A stretch of 64,000 nucleotides of DNA from positions 62,461 through 126,460 of the forward strand of contig JAJXZT010000064.1 of assembly GCA_021779935.1 (NCBI GenBank), given 5' to 3'. Numbering within the stretch: the first letter of the stretch is position 1; every line of letters starts with the position of its first letter. Under the pieces are notes generated by a model, which saw only the letters and a list, made by a program, of their open reading frames with translations, was not told where the DNA came from and ran no database searches. This document shows, in pieces, positions 18,680 through 27,430 of this stretch. The DNA is from Acidobacteriota bacterium (GTDB taxonomy: Bacteria; Acidobacteriota; Terriglobia; Terriglobales; Acidobacteriaceae). The translations under genes were made by a program, and so were the position numbers.

Positions 18680-21097
18680 ATGTCGCTTATCAAGAGTTCC
18701 GTCTGGCGCAAACTTACGGCGCTGATGATTATCGTCAGCGGAGGCACGTTGCTACTGGTGTGCGCGGCCCTGGTGGCCAATGACCGGCTGAATGACTCAC
18801 GAGTGATGGCAGCGCGAGACTCCGCAGAAAACTCGAAGCTCGCCGCGACGATTGCCTCTCCGTTGCAGAGCCATGATTTAAGCACACTGAACTCCATGCT
18901 GGAGAAGGCCGGACAGAATCCAACATTGCTGTATTCATCGGTATGGGATCTCCGCGGAGTACAGGTCGCACAATTCCGGCGCACCAATCATTCGAAAGAC
19001 CTTCTTTCTGCGAGACCGGAGGAAGGAATTTCAGTTGGACTCGGCTCGATAGTAGTTTCGCAGCGAGTCATGAAGGACGGAAAGCTGCTCGGGACACTGG
19101 CAAGCGTGTTCGATCTTTCCATGCTTAACGAACGCTGGAAGAGCTATGCAACCATCGTTATCGTCTTCATGCTGGCGTCGCTCTTTGTATCCATCCTGGT
19201 AGGAGCATGGCTCCAGAAACACATCACCGTCCCTATTCTCACGCTGGTGAATATTGCCCGCGAAGTTTCCGATCGCAAGGATTATTCGATACGGGCGGCG
19301 CGACATGGGCATGATGAACTCGGGATGCTGGTCGACGAGTTCAACTGCATGCTGGCCGAGATCGACGAGCGCGACCGCGAACTGCAACAGAGCAAATATA
19401 TTCTCGAAGAAGAAATCCGCGTGCGAAGCGCGATCAACGAGCAACTGGCGGATGCCAAGGAGGCAGCTGAGTCCGCAAGCCGTGCCAAGAGCGAATTTCT
19501 CGCGAACATGAGCCACGAGATACGCACTCCGATGAACGCCATCATGGGCATGACCGAACTGGCCCTGGAGACGGATCTAAACTCGGAACAGCGCGAATAT
19601 TTGACGACGGTCAAATCCTCGGCGGAAGCGCTGCTCAGCGTCATCAACGATGTTCTCGATTTCTCCAAGATCGAGGCTGGCAAACTCGATCTCGACCGCG
19701 CGCCATTTGACATCGACGAATTGCTCGGCGATACGCTGCGCGGAATTGCGCTGCGTGCGCACCAGAAAGGGCTTGAACTGGCTTATGACCTGGAGCCCGA
19801 GGTGCCGACCATTGTGGTTGGAGACGATTCCCGTCTGCGACAGGTGCTGATCAACCTGATAGGCAACGCCATAAAATTCACGGAATCCGGCGAAGTTGTG
19901 TTGAGAGTCGGGCTGGAGAACTCGAGTGAGAGTGACTGCGTGTTGCACTTCACGGTGCGCGATACGGGCATCGGAATTCCGAAGGAGAAACTTGGGATCA
20001 TCTTCGAAGCCTTCGGACAGGCTGACGGTTCGAGCGCGAGGAGGTACGGCGGAACCGGGCTTGGGCTTACGATTTCATCCCGCATTGTCAGCATGATGCG
20101 TGGAAAAATATGGGTCGAGAGCGTCGTGGGAGAGGGAAGCACATTCCACTTCACAGTGCAGCTTGGCCGAACCGACACGCAGCCGCTGAAAGTTGTTCCA
20201 GCCGAGGTGGAGACACTGAAAAGCATGCGTGCATTGATTGTTGACGACAACCGCACGAATCGCCAGATTCTCCGCGCCATGCTTATGCAGTGGCAAATGG
20301 CCCCGTCACAGTCGGCTGGAGGACCAGACGCCTTGCTGGAACTAGACAGGGCATGCGCGGTGGGTCAGCCTTATCCCCTGATTCTCATCGATGGACAAAT
20401 GCCGGAGATGGATGGCTTCGAACTTGCGGGGGAAATCAAGCGGGACCCGCGGCTGGCCGGAGCTACGGTGATGATGCTTACTTCCGCAACGCGACATGGC
20501 GACGCCGCAAGATGCAAGAATCTCGGAATATCTTCATATCTCATCAAGCCAATCAGGCGTCCTGAACTCCTGCAGTCGATCCTGGTGGCTCTGGGCAGGC
20601 GCTCGGACGAGGTACGAAACGGTGTGCAGAAGTCTTCGGAGGCGCGCATGCGGCGGCTGAACATCCTGCTGGCCGAAGACAACGCAGTGAATCAGCAACT
20701 CGCCCTGCGGCTTCTGCAGAAAGAAAACCATATTGTGCGGGTCGCGCAAAACGGAAAAGAAGCGGTTGCGGCACATGCCGCGGAGACGTTTGATCTGGTG
20801 CTGATGGACGTGCAGATGCCGGAGATGGATGGCTTTGAAGCGACAGCGGCGATTCGGCGGCAAGATGCGACCAGCGGCATACACACGCCGATCATCGCGA
20901 TGACGGCTCACGCAATGAAGGGGGACCGGGAACGTTGTCTTGCGGCAGGCATGGATGATTACCTCTCGAAGCCCATTCATCGCAAGGAACTTCTGTTGGC
21001 GATTGAGCACCATTGCGCGGAAATACCGAACAACAGCCATGGAGGACTTTATGACACTCATGAACAAGGAAGCAGCCTTGGAGAGAATCGGGGGTGA
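18680..21097 (+). CDS. membrane-bound hybrid sensor histidine kinase (2 TM - HAMP - HisKA - HATPase - REC - REC)
   Basis: 805 aa. Two TM helices flank a roughly 130-aa outer domain, followed by a HAMP-like segment. H-box SHEIRTPMNAIMG, N/G boxes (NLIGNAIKFT, DTGIGI, GGTGLGL) and two receivers (LIVDDN...ILIDGQMPEMDG; ILLAEDN...VLMDVQMPEMDG...KP). Confidence 0.9.
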   Translation: MSLIKSSVWRKLTALMIIVSGGTLLLVCAALVANDRLNDSRVMAARDSAENSKLAATIASPLQSHDLSTLNSMLEKAGQNPTLLYSSVWDLRGVQVAQFRRTNHSKDLLSARPEEGISVGLGSIVVSQRVMKDGKLLGTLASVFDLSMLNERWKSYATIVIVFMLASLFVSILVGAWLQKHITVPILTLVNIAREVSDRKDYSIRAARHGHDELGMLVDEFNCMLAEIDERDRELQQSKYILEEEIRVRSAINEQLADAKEAAESASRAKSEFLANMSHEIRTPMNAIMGMTELALETDLNSEQREYLTTVKSSAEALLSVINDVLDFSKIEAGKLDLDRAPFDIDELLGDTLRGIALRAHQKGLELAYDLEPEVPTIVVGDDSRLRQVLINLIGNAIKFTESGEVVLRVGLENSSESDCVLHFTVRDTGIGIPKEKLGIIFEAFGQADGSSARRYGGTGLGLTISSRIVSMMRGKIWVESVVGEGSTFHFTVQLGRTDTQPLKVVPAEVETLKSMRALIVDDNRTNRQILRAMLMQWQMAPSQSAGGPDALLELDRACAVGQPYPLILIDGQMPEMDGFELAGEIKRDPRLAGATVMMLTSATRHGDAARCKNLGISSYLIKPIRRPELLQSILVALGRRSDEVRNGVQKSSEARMRRLNILLAEDNAVNQQLALRLLQKENHIVRVAQNGKEAVAAHAAETFDLVLMDVQMPEMDGFEATAAIRRQDATSGIHTPIIAMTAHAMKGDRERCLAAGMDDYLSKPIHRKELLLAIEHHCAEIPNNSHGGLYDTHEQGSSLGENRG

Positions 21098-21398
21098 CGA
21101 GGAACTCCTCGTCGATCTCGGGCAGATATTCGAAAATGAATGCCCCAAGATGTTTGCGGAGATATACGAGGCAGAGAGGGCTGAAGATGCAGCGCGGCTC
21201 TGCGGGGCGGCGCACAGACTGAAGGGAGCCGCCAGCATGTTTTGCGCGGAAAAAGCCAGCAAGGCCGCGCTTGACCTTGAAGAGCTTGCTCGCACGGGAG
21301 ATATTGCCAGCGCCCGAGCACTGATTGGCGGAGTAGAACGCGAGATGGGAGAGCTGCGTGCCGAACTTCGCCAGCTTTCTCAAATGACACGCCAGTAA
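21051..21398 (+). CDS. histidine phosphotransfer (Hpt) protein
   Basis: The track ORF starts at 20940. I prefer the ATG at 21051, 5 nt after GGAGG. The sequence shows GGDEELLVDL and the Hpt signature AHRLKGAASMF. It overlaps the 3' end of the hybrid kinase gene by 47 nt in another frame. Confidence 0.8.
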   Translation: MTLMNKEAALERIGGDEELLVDLGQIFENECPKMFAEIYEAERAEDAARLCGAAHRLKGAASMFCAEKASKAALDLEELARTGDIASARALIGGVEREMGELRAELRQLSQMTRQ

Positions 21399-21438
21399 TA
21401 TTGCGCGTCCCGGCGATCCAAGAAACATGGCAAAAGGA

Positions 21439-21470
21439 AAGGAGCCGCCCCATTTGCAGAACGGCTCCTT
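21439..21470 (-). terminator. hairpin between convergent genes
   Basis: AAGGAGCCG - 14 nt - CGGCTCCTT. On the minus strand it is followed by TCCTTTTG, downstream of the EXORDIUM-like gene. Confidence 0.4.
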
Positions 21471-21490
21471 GCACGGCATTTTCTCAATGC

Positions 21491-22402
21491 CTAGTAGCTC
21501 TTGGCGCAATAACCTCCGCCGGCGTTCACCCAGTTCTGCTGGATGAGCCAGTTGCGGCCATTGAACGTCATGTTGTACTTGGAGCCGTTTCCCGCGATCG
21601 ATTCCGTTCCGAAGGTCCACGCACACTTATCGGCATTCTCTGCGCCGCTCGAGTCATACCATGCGTTGAGGTCCGGGTCGGTCGCAGCCTCCTCGAGTTC
21701 GTGTGAGATGACCGACGCCATCCCGTCCGCGCCAGGGTTGCTGTTCGGGCTGGAACTCGACTGCGCTTCGCAGGCCGAAGGACACCGGTCAGGGTTGCCA
21801 ACGAACGCGTACTTGATATCGGTTCCACTGCTTGTTCCATGCGTGTGCCAGCCGCAGTACTTGGTGCAGAATCCCGAAGTCTCCGCTACGTCCTTCGATG
21901 TCAGAACAAAGTAGACGGCATTCGAATCGCGCGGCAATTTTCCGTTGTTGATCGCGTTGAAGACCACCGCCTGGACCTTTGCGTCGGTCAGGCGTTTACC
22001 TTGCGAGTAGTTGTCGCTGGTTGACGTGACGTAGTTCACGCGATTTGCCACTGCGACGTTGTTCCCATCAAAGTAGGTGGTGTTGATGTTGAAGTAAGGC
22101 GTCCCGCCTATGCCGGTAGCGAGATCCGTGAGGATCGTGGTGGCTGTGTTGCCCGACCACGCGCCGTACCAGATGTAATAGACGTTGGTTCCGCCGGTGC
22201 TGTTGAGCAGCGGACCACCGTGATAGTTGATGCCATTCGGACCGGTAGTTGCCGTTCCAGCCGATCGTGCGGGAGCATTGTCATGCGACTCCGCCCAGCC
22301 TTTTCCAGTTGGAACCATATGGTCCGCTTGCTTTGCAATCTGCGCGGTCGCCAGCGCAAAAGACACCACCACGAACAGCAGTGTTGCGAGAATCTGCTTC
22401 AT
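21491..22402 (-). CDS. secreted EXORDIUM / phosphate-induced protein 1 (PHI-1)-like protein
   Basis: I prefer the start at MKQILATLLFVVVSFALATAQ (AAAGGTGAG upstream). Family-like segments are INYHGGPLL, VYYIWYGAW, FCTKYCGWHT and YAFVGNPDRCPSAC. Confidence 0.65.
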   Translation of the reverse strand: MKQILATLLFVVVSFALATAQIAKQADHMVPTGKGWAESHDNAPARSAGTATTGPNGINYHGGPLLNSTGGTNVYYIWYGAWSGNTATTILTDLATGIGGTPYFNINTTYFDGNNVAVANRVNYVTSTSDNYSQGKRLTDAKVQAVVFNAINNGKLPRDSNAVYFVLTSKDVAETSGFCTKYCGWHTHGTSSGTDIKYAFVGNPDRCPSACEAQSSSSPNSNPGADGMASVISHELEEAATDPDLNAWYDSSGAENADKCAWTFGTESIAGNGSKYNMTFNGRNWLIQQNWVNAGGGYCAKSY

Positions 22403-22667
22403 TCGACGCTCACCTTTCGTTGTCGAACTGCTTTTAAATCCCACCATCCCCGATGGAAAACCTGGAAGAGTTGTCAGATTAGACACTAGAACGTTTCGGC
22501 TGCATACGGCCAAAAAGTGCCACAAGTAGTGCTTTTTCGTTCAATCGCTTAGGTGTTATGCTTGGCTCAACAAACCCAATCGTCGATCCGGGCAAAGCCG
22601 GCCCACTTGGCCCGTTTTAATGCATACGAACAACCAGAGTATGAACATTTGCGGGGAGTGATGGTCC

Positions 22668-23753
22668 ATGGAGAACCCTCTTAAACTAAAGAGAGTCCAC
22701 CACGTTGAATTCCTGGTGGGCAACGCGAAACAAGCCGCTTTCTACTATCGTAACGGATTTGGCTTCTCCCAGGTCGCCTACAAGGGGCTTGAGACGGGAG
22801 TCCGCAATCAGACCTCGTACGCGCTTACGCAGAACAAAACAAATTTTGTACTGACCTCTCCACTGCAGCCGAACGATTTTGCCGCCGAGCACCTGAAGAA
22901 GCACGGCGATGGCATCCGTGACATCGCTCTGGAAGTGGCCGACGCGGACTTCGCGTTCACCGAGGCAGTTCGCCGCGGAGCAAAGCCATGCGTGGAACCG
23001 CATGACATGACCGATGAGCACGGAACAGTGCGCCACGCAGCCATCCACACGTACGGCGACACGATTCATTCGCTGATCTCGTACAAGGATTACAAGGGGC
23101 CGTTTCTTCCAGGGTTTGTTGCACAGGACGTGAAGGGCAAGGACACCGGCATCCTTCGCGTGGACCACATGGTGGGCAACGTGGAACTTGGCAAGATGAA
23201 TCACTGGGCCGACTTCTACAGCTCGGTGTTCGGTTTCCACCGGTACATCACGTTCGATGACAAGGACATTTCGACCGAATACAGCGCTCTGATGTCGATC
23301 GTGATGAGCGACGACTCCTATTCCGTAAAGTTTCCGATCAACGAACCGGCGCCCGCGCGGCGCAAGAGCCAGATCGACGAGTACCTGGAAGCGTATGGCG
23401 GGCCGGGCGTACAGCACGTGGCGCTCCAAGTCAAAGACGTGCTCTACACGGTGGATCGCTTACAGCAGAACGGCGTGGAATTCCTGCGCGTGCCAGACTC
23501 TTACTACGATCTGCTCACCGATCGGATTGGAGAACTGGAAGAACCGATGGAAGAGATCAGGCGACTTGGCATCCTGGTGGACAAGGACCAGGAAGGTTAT
23601 CTGCTGCAGATCTTTTCGAAGCCGGTGCAGGACCGTCCTACCGTGTTTTTTGAAATCATTCAGCGCAAGGGAAGCCGGGGCTTCGGCAAAGGGAACTTCA
23701 AGGCGCTGTTCGAAGCTCTTGAACTGGAACAGGCCCGCCGGGGAAACCTGTAA
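22668..23753 (+). CDS. hppD: 4-hydroxyphenylpyruvate dioxygenase
   Basis: 361 aa. Two VOC-fold halves ([17 protein letters not shown]; VDHMVGNVE). C-terminal [24 protein letters not shown] is typical of HppD. Confidence 0.93.
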   Translation: MENPLKLKRVHHVEFLVGNAKQAAFYYRNGFGFSQVAYKGLETGVRNQTSYALTQNKTNFVLTSPLQPNDFAAEHLKKHGDGIRDIALEVADADFAFTEAVRRGAKPCVEPHDMTDEHGTVRHAAIHTYGDTIHSLISYKDYKGPFLPGFVAQDVKGKDTGILRVDHMVGNVELGKMNHWADFYSSVFGFHRYITFDDKDISTEYSALMSIVMSDDSYSVKFPINEPAPARRKSQIDEYLEAYGGPGVQHVALQVKDVLYTVDRLQQNGVEFLRVPDSYYDLLTDRIGELEEPMEEIRRLGILVDKDQEGYLLQIFSKPVQDRPTVFFEIIQRKGSRGFGKGNFKALFEALELEQARRGNL

Positions 23754-23777
23754 CTGCAAGGCAGCGAGGACAATTTA

Positions 23778-25100
23778 ATGGCTACCAACAGGCCAGGCAA
23801 ATCACTGGAGCAGTTGCAGTATCACTCTGGATTTGGCAACGAGTTTGCCAGCGAAGCGGTGGCAGGCGCGCTGCCCGCTGGACAGAATTCGCCACAACAG
23901 GCGCCGCTCGGGCTCTATGCGGAGCAACTCAGCGGCACGCCGTTCACCGCGCCGCGTGTTTCCAACCGGCGCACGTGGGCCTATCGTATCCGGCCTTCGG
24001 TTACGCACAAGCCCTACCGGCCGCTCGACAGCCGGTTGTTGCGCAGCACGCCATTCGTCGAAGTTCCAACGTCGCCGAACCAATTGCGCTGGAACCCGAT
24101 TCCGATTCCAACGGAGCCGACGGACTTTGTCGATGGCCTCATCACCATCGCGGGGAACGGAGACTGCGCCATGCACTCCGGAGTCGCTATCCATATTTAC
24201 GTGGCGAACCGCAGCATGGAAAATCGCTGCTTCTATGACGCCGACGGGGAACTGCTGATCGTTCCGCAGCTCGGCTCCCTGGTGGTGCATACCGAATTTG
24301 GACGTATCGGCCTGAAGCCTGGCGAGATCTGCGTTATTCAGAGAGGCATCAAGTTCCGCGTAGAACTGTTGGAGTCGCAGGCGCGTGGATACATCTGCGA
24401 AAACTTTGGCGGCCTCTTCCGCCTGCCCGACCTTGGCCCGATCGGCGCAAATGGATTGGCCAATTCGCGCGATTTCCTGACGCCGCATGCGTCATATGAA
24501 GACCGCGACGGAGACTTCAGGGTTGTCGCAAAATTTCTCGGCGGATTGTGGGAGGCGGAATACAATCACTCGCCGCTTGACGTGGTGGCATGGCACGGCA
24601 ATTACGCTCCCTACAAATACGATCTTGCGAACTTCAACTGCATCAACTCGGTGAGCTTCGATCATCCAGACCCGTCAATCTATACCGTGCTCACGTCGCC
24701 GTCGGAAATTCCGGGAACCGCGAACTGCGACTTCGTGGTATTTCCACCGCGATGGATGGTGGCTGAGCACACCTTCCGTCCGCCGTGGTTCCACCGCAAC
24801 TTCATGAACGAGTTCATGGGACTGATTCACGGCGAGTACGACGCAAAGGCTGAAGGGTTCCTGCCCGGGGGTGCGAGTCTGCACAACTGCATGTCCGGCC
24901 ATGGACCGGACGCTGCGACCTACGAGAAAGCTTCGACAATGGAGCTGAAGCCACAGTACCTCGGAGACACGCTGGCATTCATGTTCGAGACGCGCTTTGT
25001 CTGCCGTCCCACGAAGTACGCGATGGATACGGCGGAATTGCAGCACGACTATTTTGAGTGCTGGCAAGGGCTCAAGAAGAATTTCCAAACGAAAGGTTAA
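23778..25100 (+). CDS. hmgA: homogentisate 1,2-dioxygenase
   Basis: 440 aa. [28 protein letters not shown] and [23 protein letters not shown] are characteristic HmgA segments. Confidence 0.93.
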   Translation: MATNRPGKSLEQLQYHSGFGNEFASEAVAGALPAGQNSPQQAPLGLYAEQLSGTPFTAPRVSNRRTWAYRIRPSVTHKPYRPLDSRLLRSTPFVEVPTSPNQLRWNPIPIPTEPTDFVDGLITIAGNGDCAMHSGVAIHIYVANRSMENRCFYDADGELLIVPQLGSLVVHTEFGRIGLKPGEICVIQRGIKFRVELLESQARGYICENFGGLFRLPDLGPIGANGLANSRDFLTPHASYEDRDGDFRVVAKFLGGLWEAEYNHSPLDVVAWHGNYAPYKYDLANFNCINSVSFDHPDPSIYTVLTSPSEIPGTANCDFVVFPPRWMVAEHTFRPPWFHRNFMNEFMGLIHGEYDAKAEGFLPGGASLHNCMSGHGPDAATYEKASTMELKPQYLGDTLAFMFETRFVCRPTKYAMDTAELQHDYFECWQGLKKNFQTKG

Positions 25101-25108
25101 GCTACCCA

Positions 25109-26020
25109 GTGACCATCGCGACGGAAGCACAACGGGATGCAATCCCAACGTCCCTGCGCATGCTTCTTTTCGAACTCGTGGACTACGCCGGACTTTTTCC
25201 TCCGGCCGCACTCGACATGGAGCGAGCCGTGCGAAACTTCGGCGGCTACCTGGCCAGTACGGATGCGTGGGCACTTGCCCGGTTTGTCCTGCCGGTTTCA
25301 CGCTTCGCCGAGTTCGAAGACGCACAAAGTGCTTTCACGGAGATTGCCCGGCCTTGGCGACTGAGCGCTCTGGTGGGCGCGGATGCCGCAGCGGACGCCG
25401 CCGCCATCGTGGAGTTCAATACCCGCAATGCGGAGAGGGCCTGCGTCGATGCAATTGAAGTGAAGGCTGCTGACGAGCAGGACATTCATCGCATCCATTC
25501 CGCTATTCCGCGGAGCGTCACCTCTTATTTCGAGGTTGCTCCGGCCAGTGCTTTTGAATTGTTGCCCGTGCTGCGAACCGTCGGAGTGCGAGCGAAAATT
25601 CGCACTGGGGGAGTGACAGTCGAGTTGTTTCCATCACCCTCCACGGTGGCGCGCTTCATCGCCGAGTGCGCAAGGATCGGTGTTCCGTTCAAGGCTACAG
25701 CGGGACTGCATCATCCTGTACGTTGCACGAAACCACTGACCTACGAACCGAATGCTCCGGTGGGAGTGATGCATGGTTTTCTAAATGTGTTTCTCGCCGC
25801 GGCGTTCGCGTTGCACGGTGCGGGCACGAGCGAGCTAACATCGCTGCTGGAAGATCAGAATTCGCAACACTTCCAATTCGATGACGCGGGAGTGCGATGG
25901 AATGGATACTCGCTGGAGACTGCACAGTTAGAGGCGGCTCGGGAGCGCTTTGCCATCTCCTTCGGATCGTGTTCCTTTGAAGAACCACTCAGCGACTTGC
26001 GAGATTTGAGAATCTTATGA
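25109..26020 (+). CDS. conserved-looking hypothetical protein embedded in the homogentisate operon
   Basis: The track ORF begins at 25058, inside hmgA. The GTG at 25109 (GAAAGG 13 nt upstream) and the ATG at 25160 are alternative starts. The stop overlaps the fahA start (ATGA at 26017-26020). I recognise no family motif; notable segments are VRAKIRTGG and FKATAGLHHP. Confidence 0.6.
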   Translation: MTIATEAQRDAIPTSLRMLLFELVDYAGLFPPAALDMERAVRNFGGYLASTDAWALARFVLPVSRFAEFEDAQSAFTEIARPWRLSALVGADAAADAAAIVEFNTRNAERACVDAIEVKAADEQDIHRIHSAIPRSVTSYFEVAPASAFELLPVLRTVGVRAKIRTGGVTVELFPSPSTVARFIAECARIGVPFKATAGLHHPVRCTKPLTYEPNAPVGVMHGFLNVFLAAAFALHGAGTSELTSLLEDQNSQHFQFDDAGVRWNGYSLETAQLEAARERFAISFGSCSFEEPLSDLRDLRIL

Positions 26021-27324
26021 TCTATTCCATCAATGAAACGCATGAGCCGAACGCGCGCTCGTGGGTAGAATCGGCCAACGCAGGCGGAAGCGATTTTCCA
26101 ATCCAGAATCTCCCATACGGTGTATTTCATTGCGGCAAGGACCGCGCGTGTATCGGCGTTGCAATTGGCGACCAGGTGTTAAACCTGTGCGCATGTGCGG
26201 AAGACAATCTGCTGGATGGCGTCGACGAGGCAACCCTGGAGGCGTGCCAGGATGAGAACCTGAACGAACTGATGGGCCTTGGCTGGCAACGCTGGTCGGC
26301 GCTGCGACGCAGTATCTTCCATCTCCTGCGTGACGAGTTCCCGCGCGCACGGGATGTCGCAAAGCACCTGGTTGCGATGTCGACAGTCCGCCTGATGGTT
26401 CCAGCTGCGATCGGCGACTATACGGATTTCTACGCATCGATCTTCCATGCAACAAACGTAGGCAGTATGTTTCGTCCGGATAACCCGCTGCTGCCGAACT
26501 ACAAATGGGTGCCGATTGGTTACCACGGCCGGGCATCGTCGATCGTTGCGAGCGGAACGCCGGTAAAACGTCCGAGCGGGCAGACCAAGCCTGACGGCAG
26601 CGATGTCCCAGTGTTTGGACCGACGAAGCGTTTTGACTACGAACTCGAAGTTGGAGTCTACGTCGGCACCGGCAACGAACTCGGCACCACGATTGCGATT
26701 GGCAATGCGGAGCAGCACGCATTCGGGCTATGCCTGGTCAACGACTGGTCAGCACGTGATGTGCAAGCATGGGAATATCAACCGCTTGGGCCATTTCTTG
26801 CCAAGAACTTTTCAACCACGGTTTCTCCGTGGGTAGTGACTCTGGAAGCGTTGGCTCCTTATAGAATTCCGGCGTTCGCGCGTCCTGAAAGCGATCCGGT
26901 TCCATTGCCCTACCTGGCGAGCGATGAGAATGAACGCTACGGAGGAGTGGACATCACGCTCGAGGTCTATCTGTCAACGCGGGCGATGCGCGACCAGCGG
27001 CTGGCGGCGCATCGGTTAAGTCGCGGAAGCTTTCGCGACATGTACTGGACCATTGCGCAGTTGATTACGCATCACGCGAGCAACGGCTGCAATCTCCAAC
27101 CCGGTGACCTGCTGGCGAGTGGTACGGTGTCGGGCAATTCGAAAGATGCGCGTGGATGCCTGCTTGAAATTACGTGGAAAGGGAGCGAGCCCATCCAACT
27201 CCCGTCGGGCGAGCAGCGCCGGTTCCTGGAAGACGGCGACGAGGTCGTGGTACGCGGATTCTGCGAGAAAACAGGCGCGGCAAGAATCGGATTTGGCGAA
27301 TGCATCGGGATGGTTCTTGGCTGA
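26017..27324 (+). CDS. fahA: fumarylacetoacetase
   Basis: 435 aa. FPIQNLPYGVF N-terminal domain. FAH-fold segments YTDFYASIFHATNVG, IGYHGRASS and DYELEVG. Confidence 0.93.
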   Translation: MIYSINETHEPNARSWVESANAGGSDFPIQNLPYGVFHCGKDRACIGVAIGDQVLNLCACAEDNLLDGVDEATLEACQDENLNELMGLGWQRWSALRRSIFHLLRDEFPRARDVAKHLVAMSTVRLMVPAAIGDYTDFYASIFHATNVGSMFRPDNPLLPNYKWVPIGYHGRASSIVASGTPVKRPSGQTKPDGSDVPVFGPTKRFDYELEVGVYVGTGNELGTTIAIGNAEQHAFGLCLVNDWSARDVQAWEYQPLGPFLAKNFSTTVSPWVVTLEALAPYRIPAFARPESDPVPLPYLASDENERYGGVDITLEVYLSTRAMRDQRLAAHRLSRGSFRDMYWTIAQLITHHASNGCNLQPGDLLASGTVSGNSKDARGCLLEITWKGSEPIQLPSGEQRRFLEDGDEVVVRGFCEKTGAARIGFGECIGMVLG

Positions 27325-27351
27325 TTGCACACTTCTGTTTTTGGGACACAG

Positions 27352-27387
27352 GCCCAGCCGGGATTCCGACTGGGCTTTCTTCTTTTC
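27352..27387 (+). terminator. rho-independent terminator after fahA
   Basis: GCCCAG - 12 nt - CTGGGC followed by TTTCTTCTTTTC. Confidence 0.65.
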
Positions 27388-27430
27388 AATAGACCGATCC
27401 TCGGTATGATACAAAGCGACTCGTGTATCA

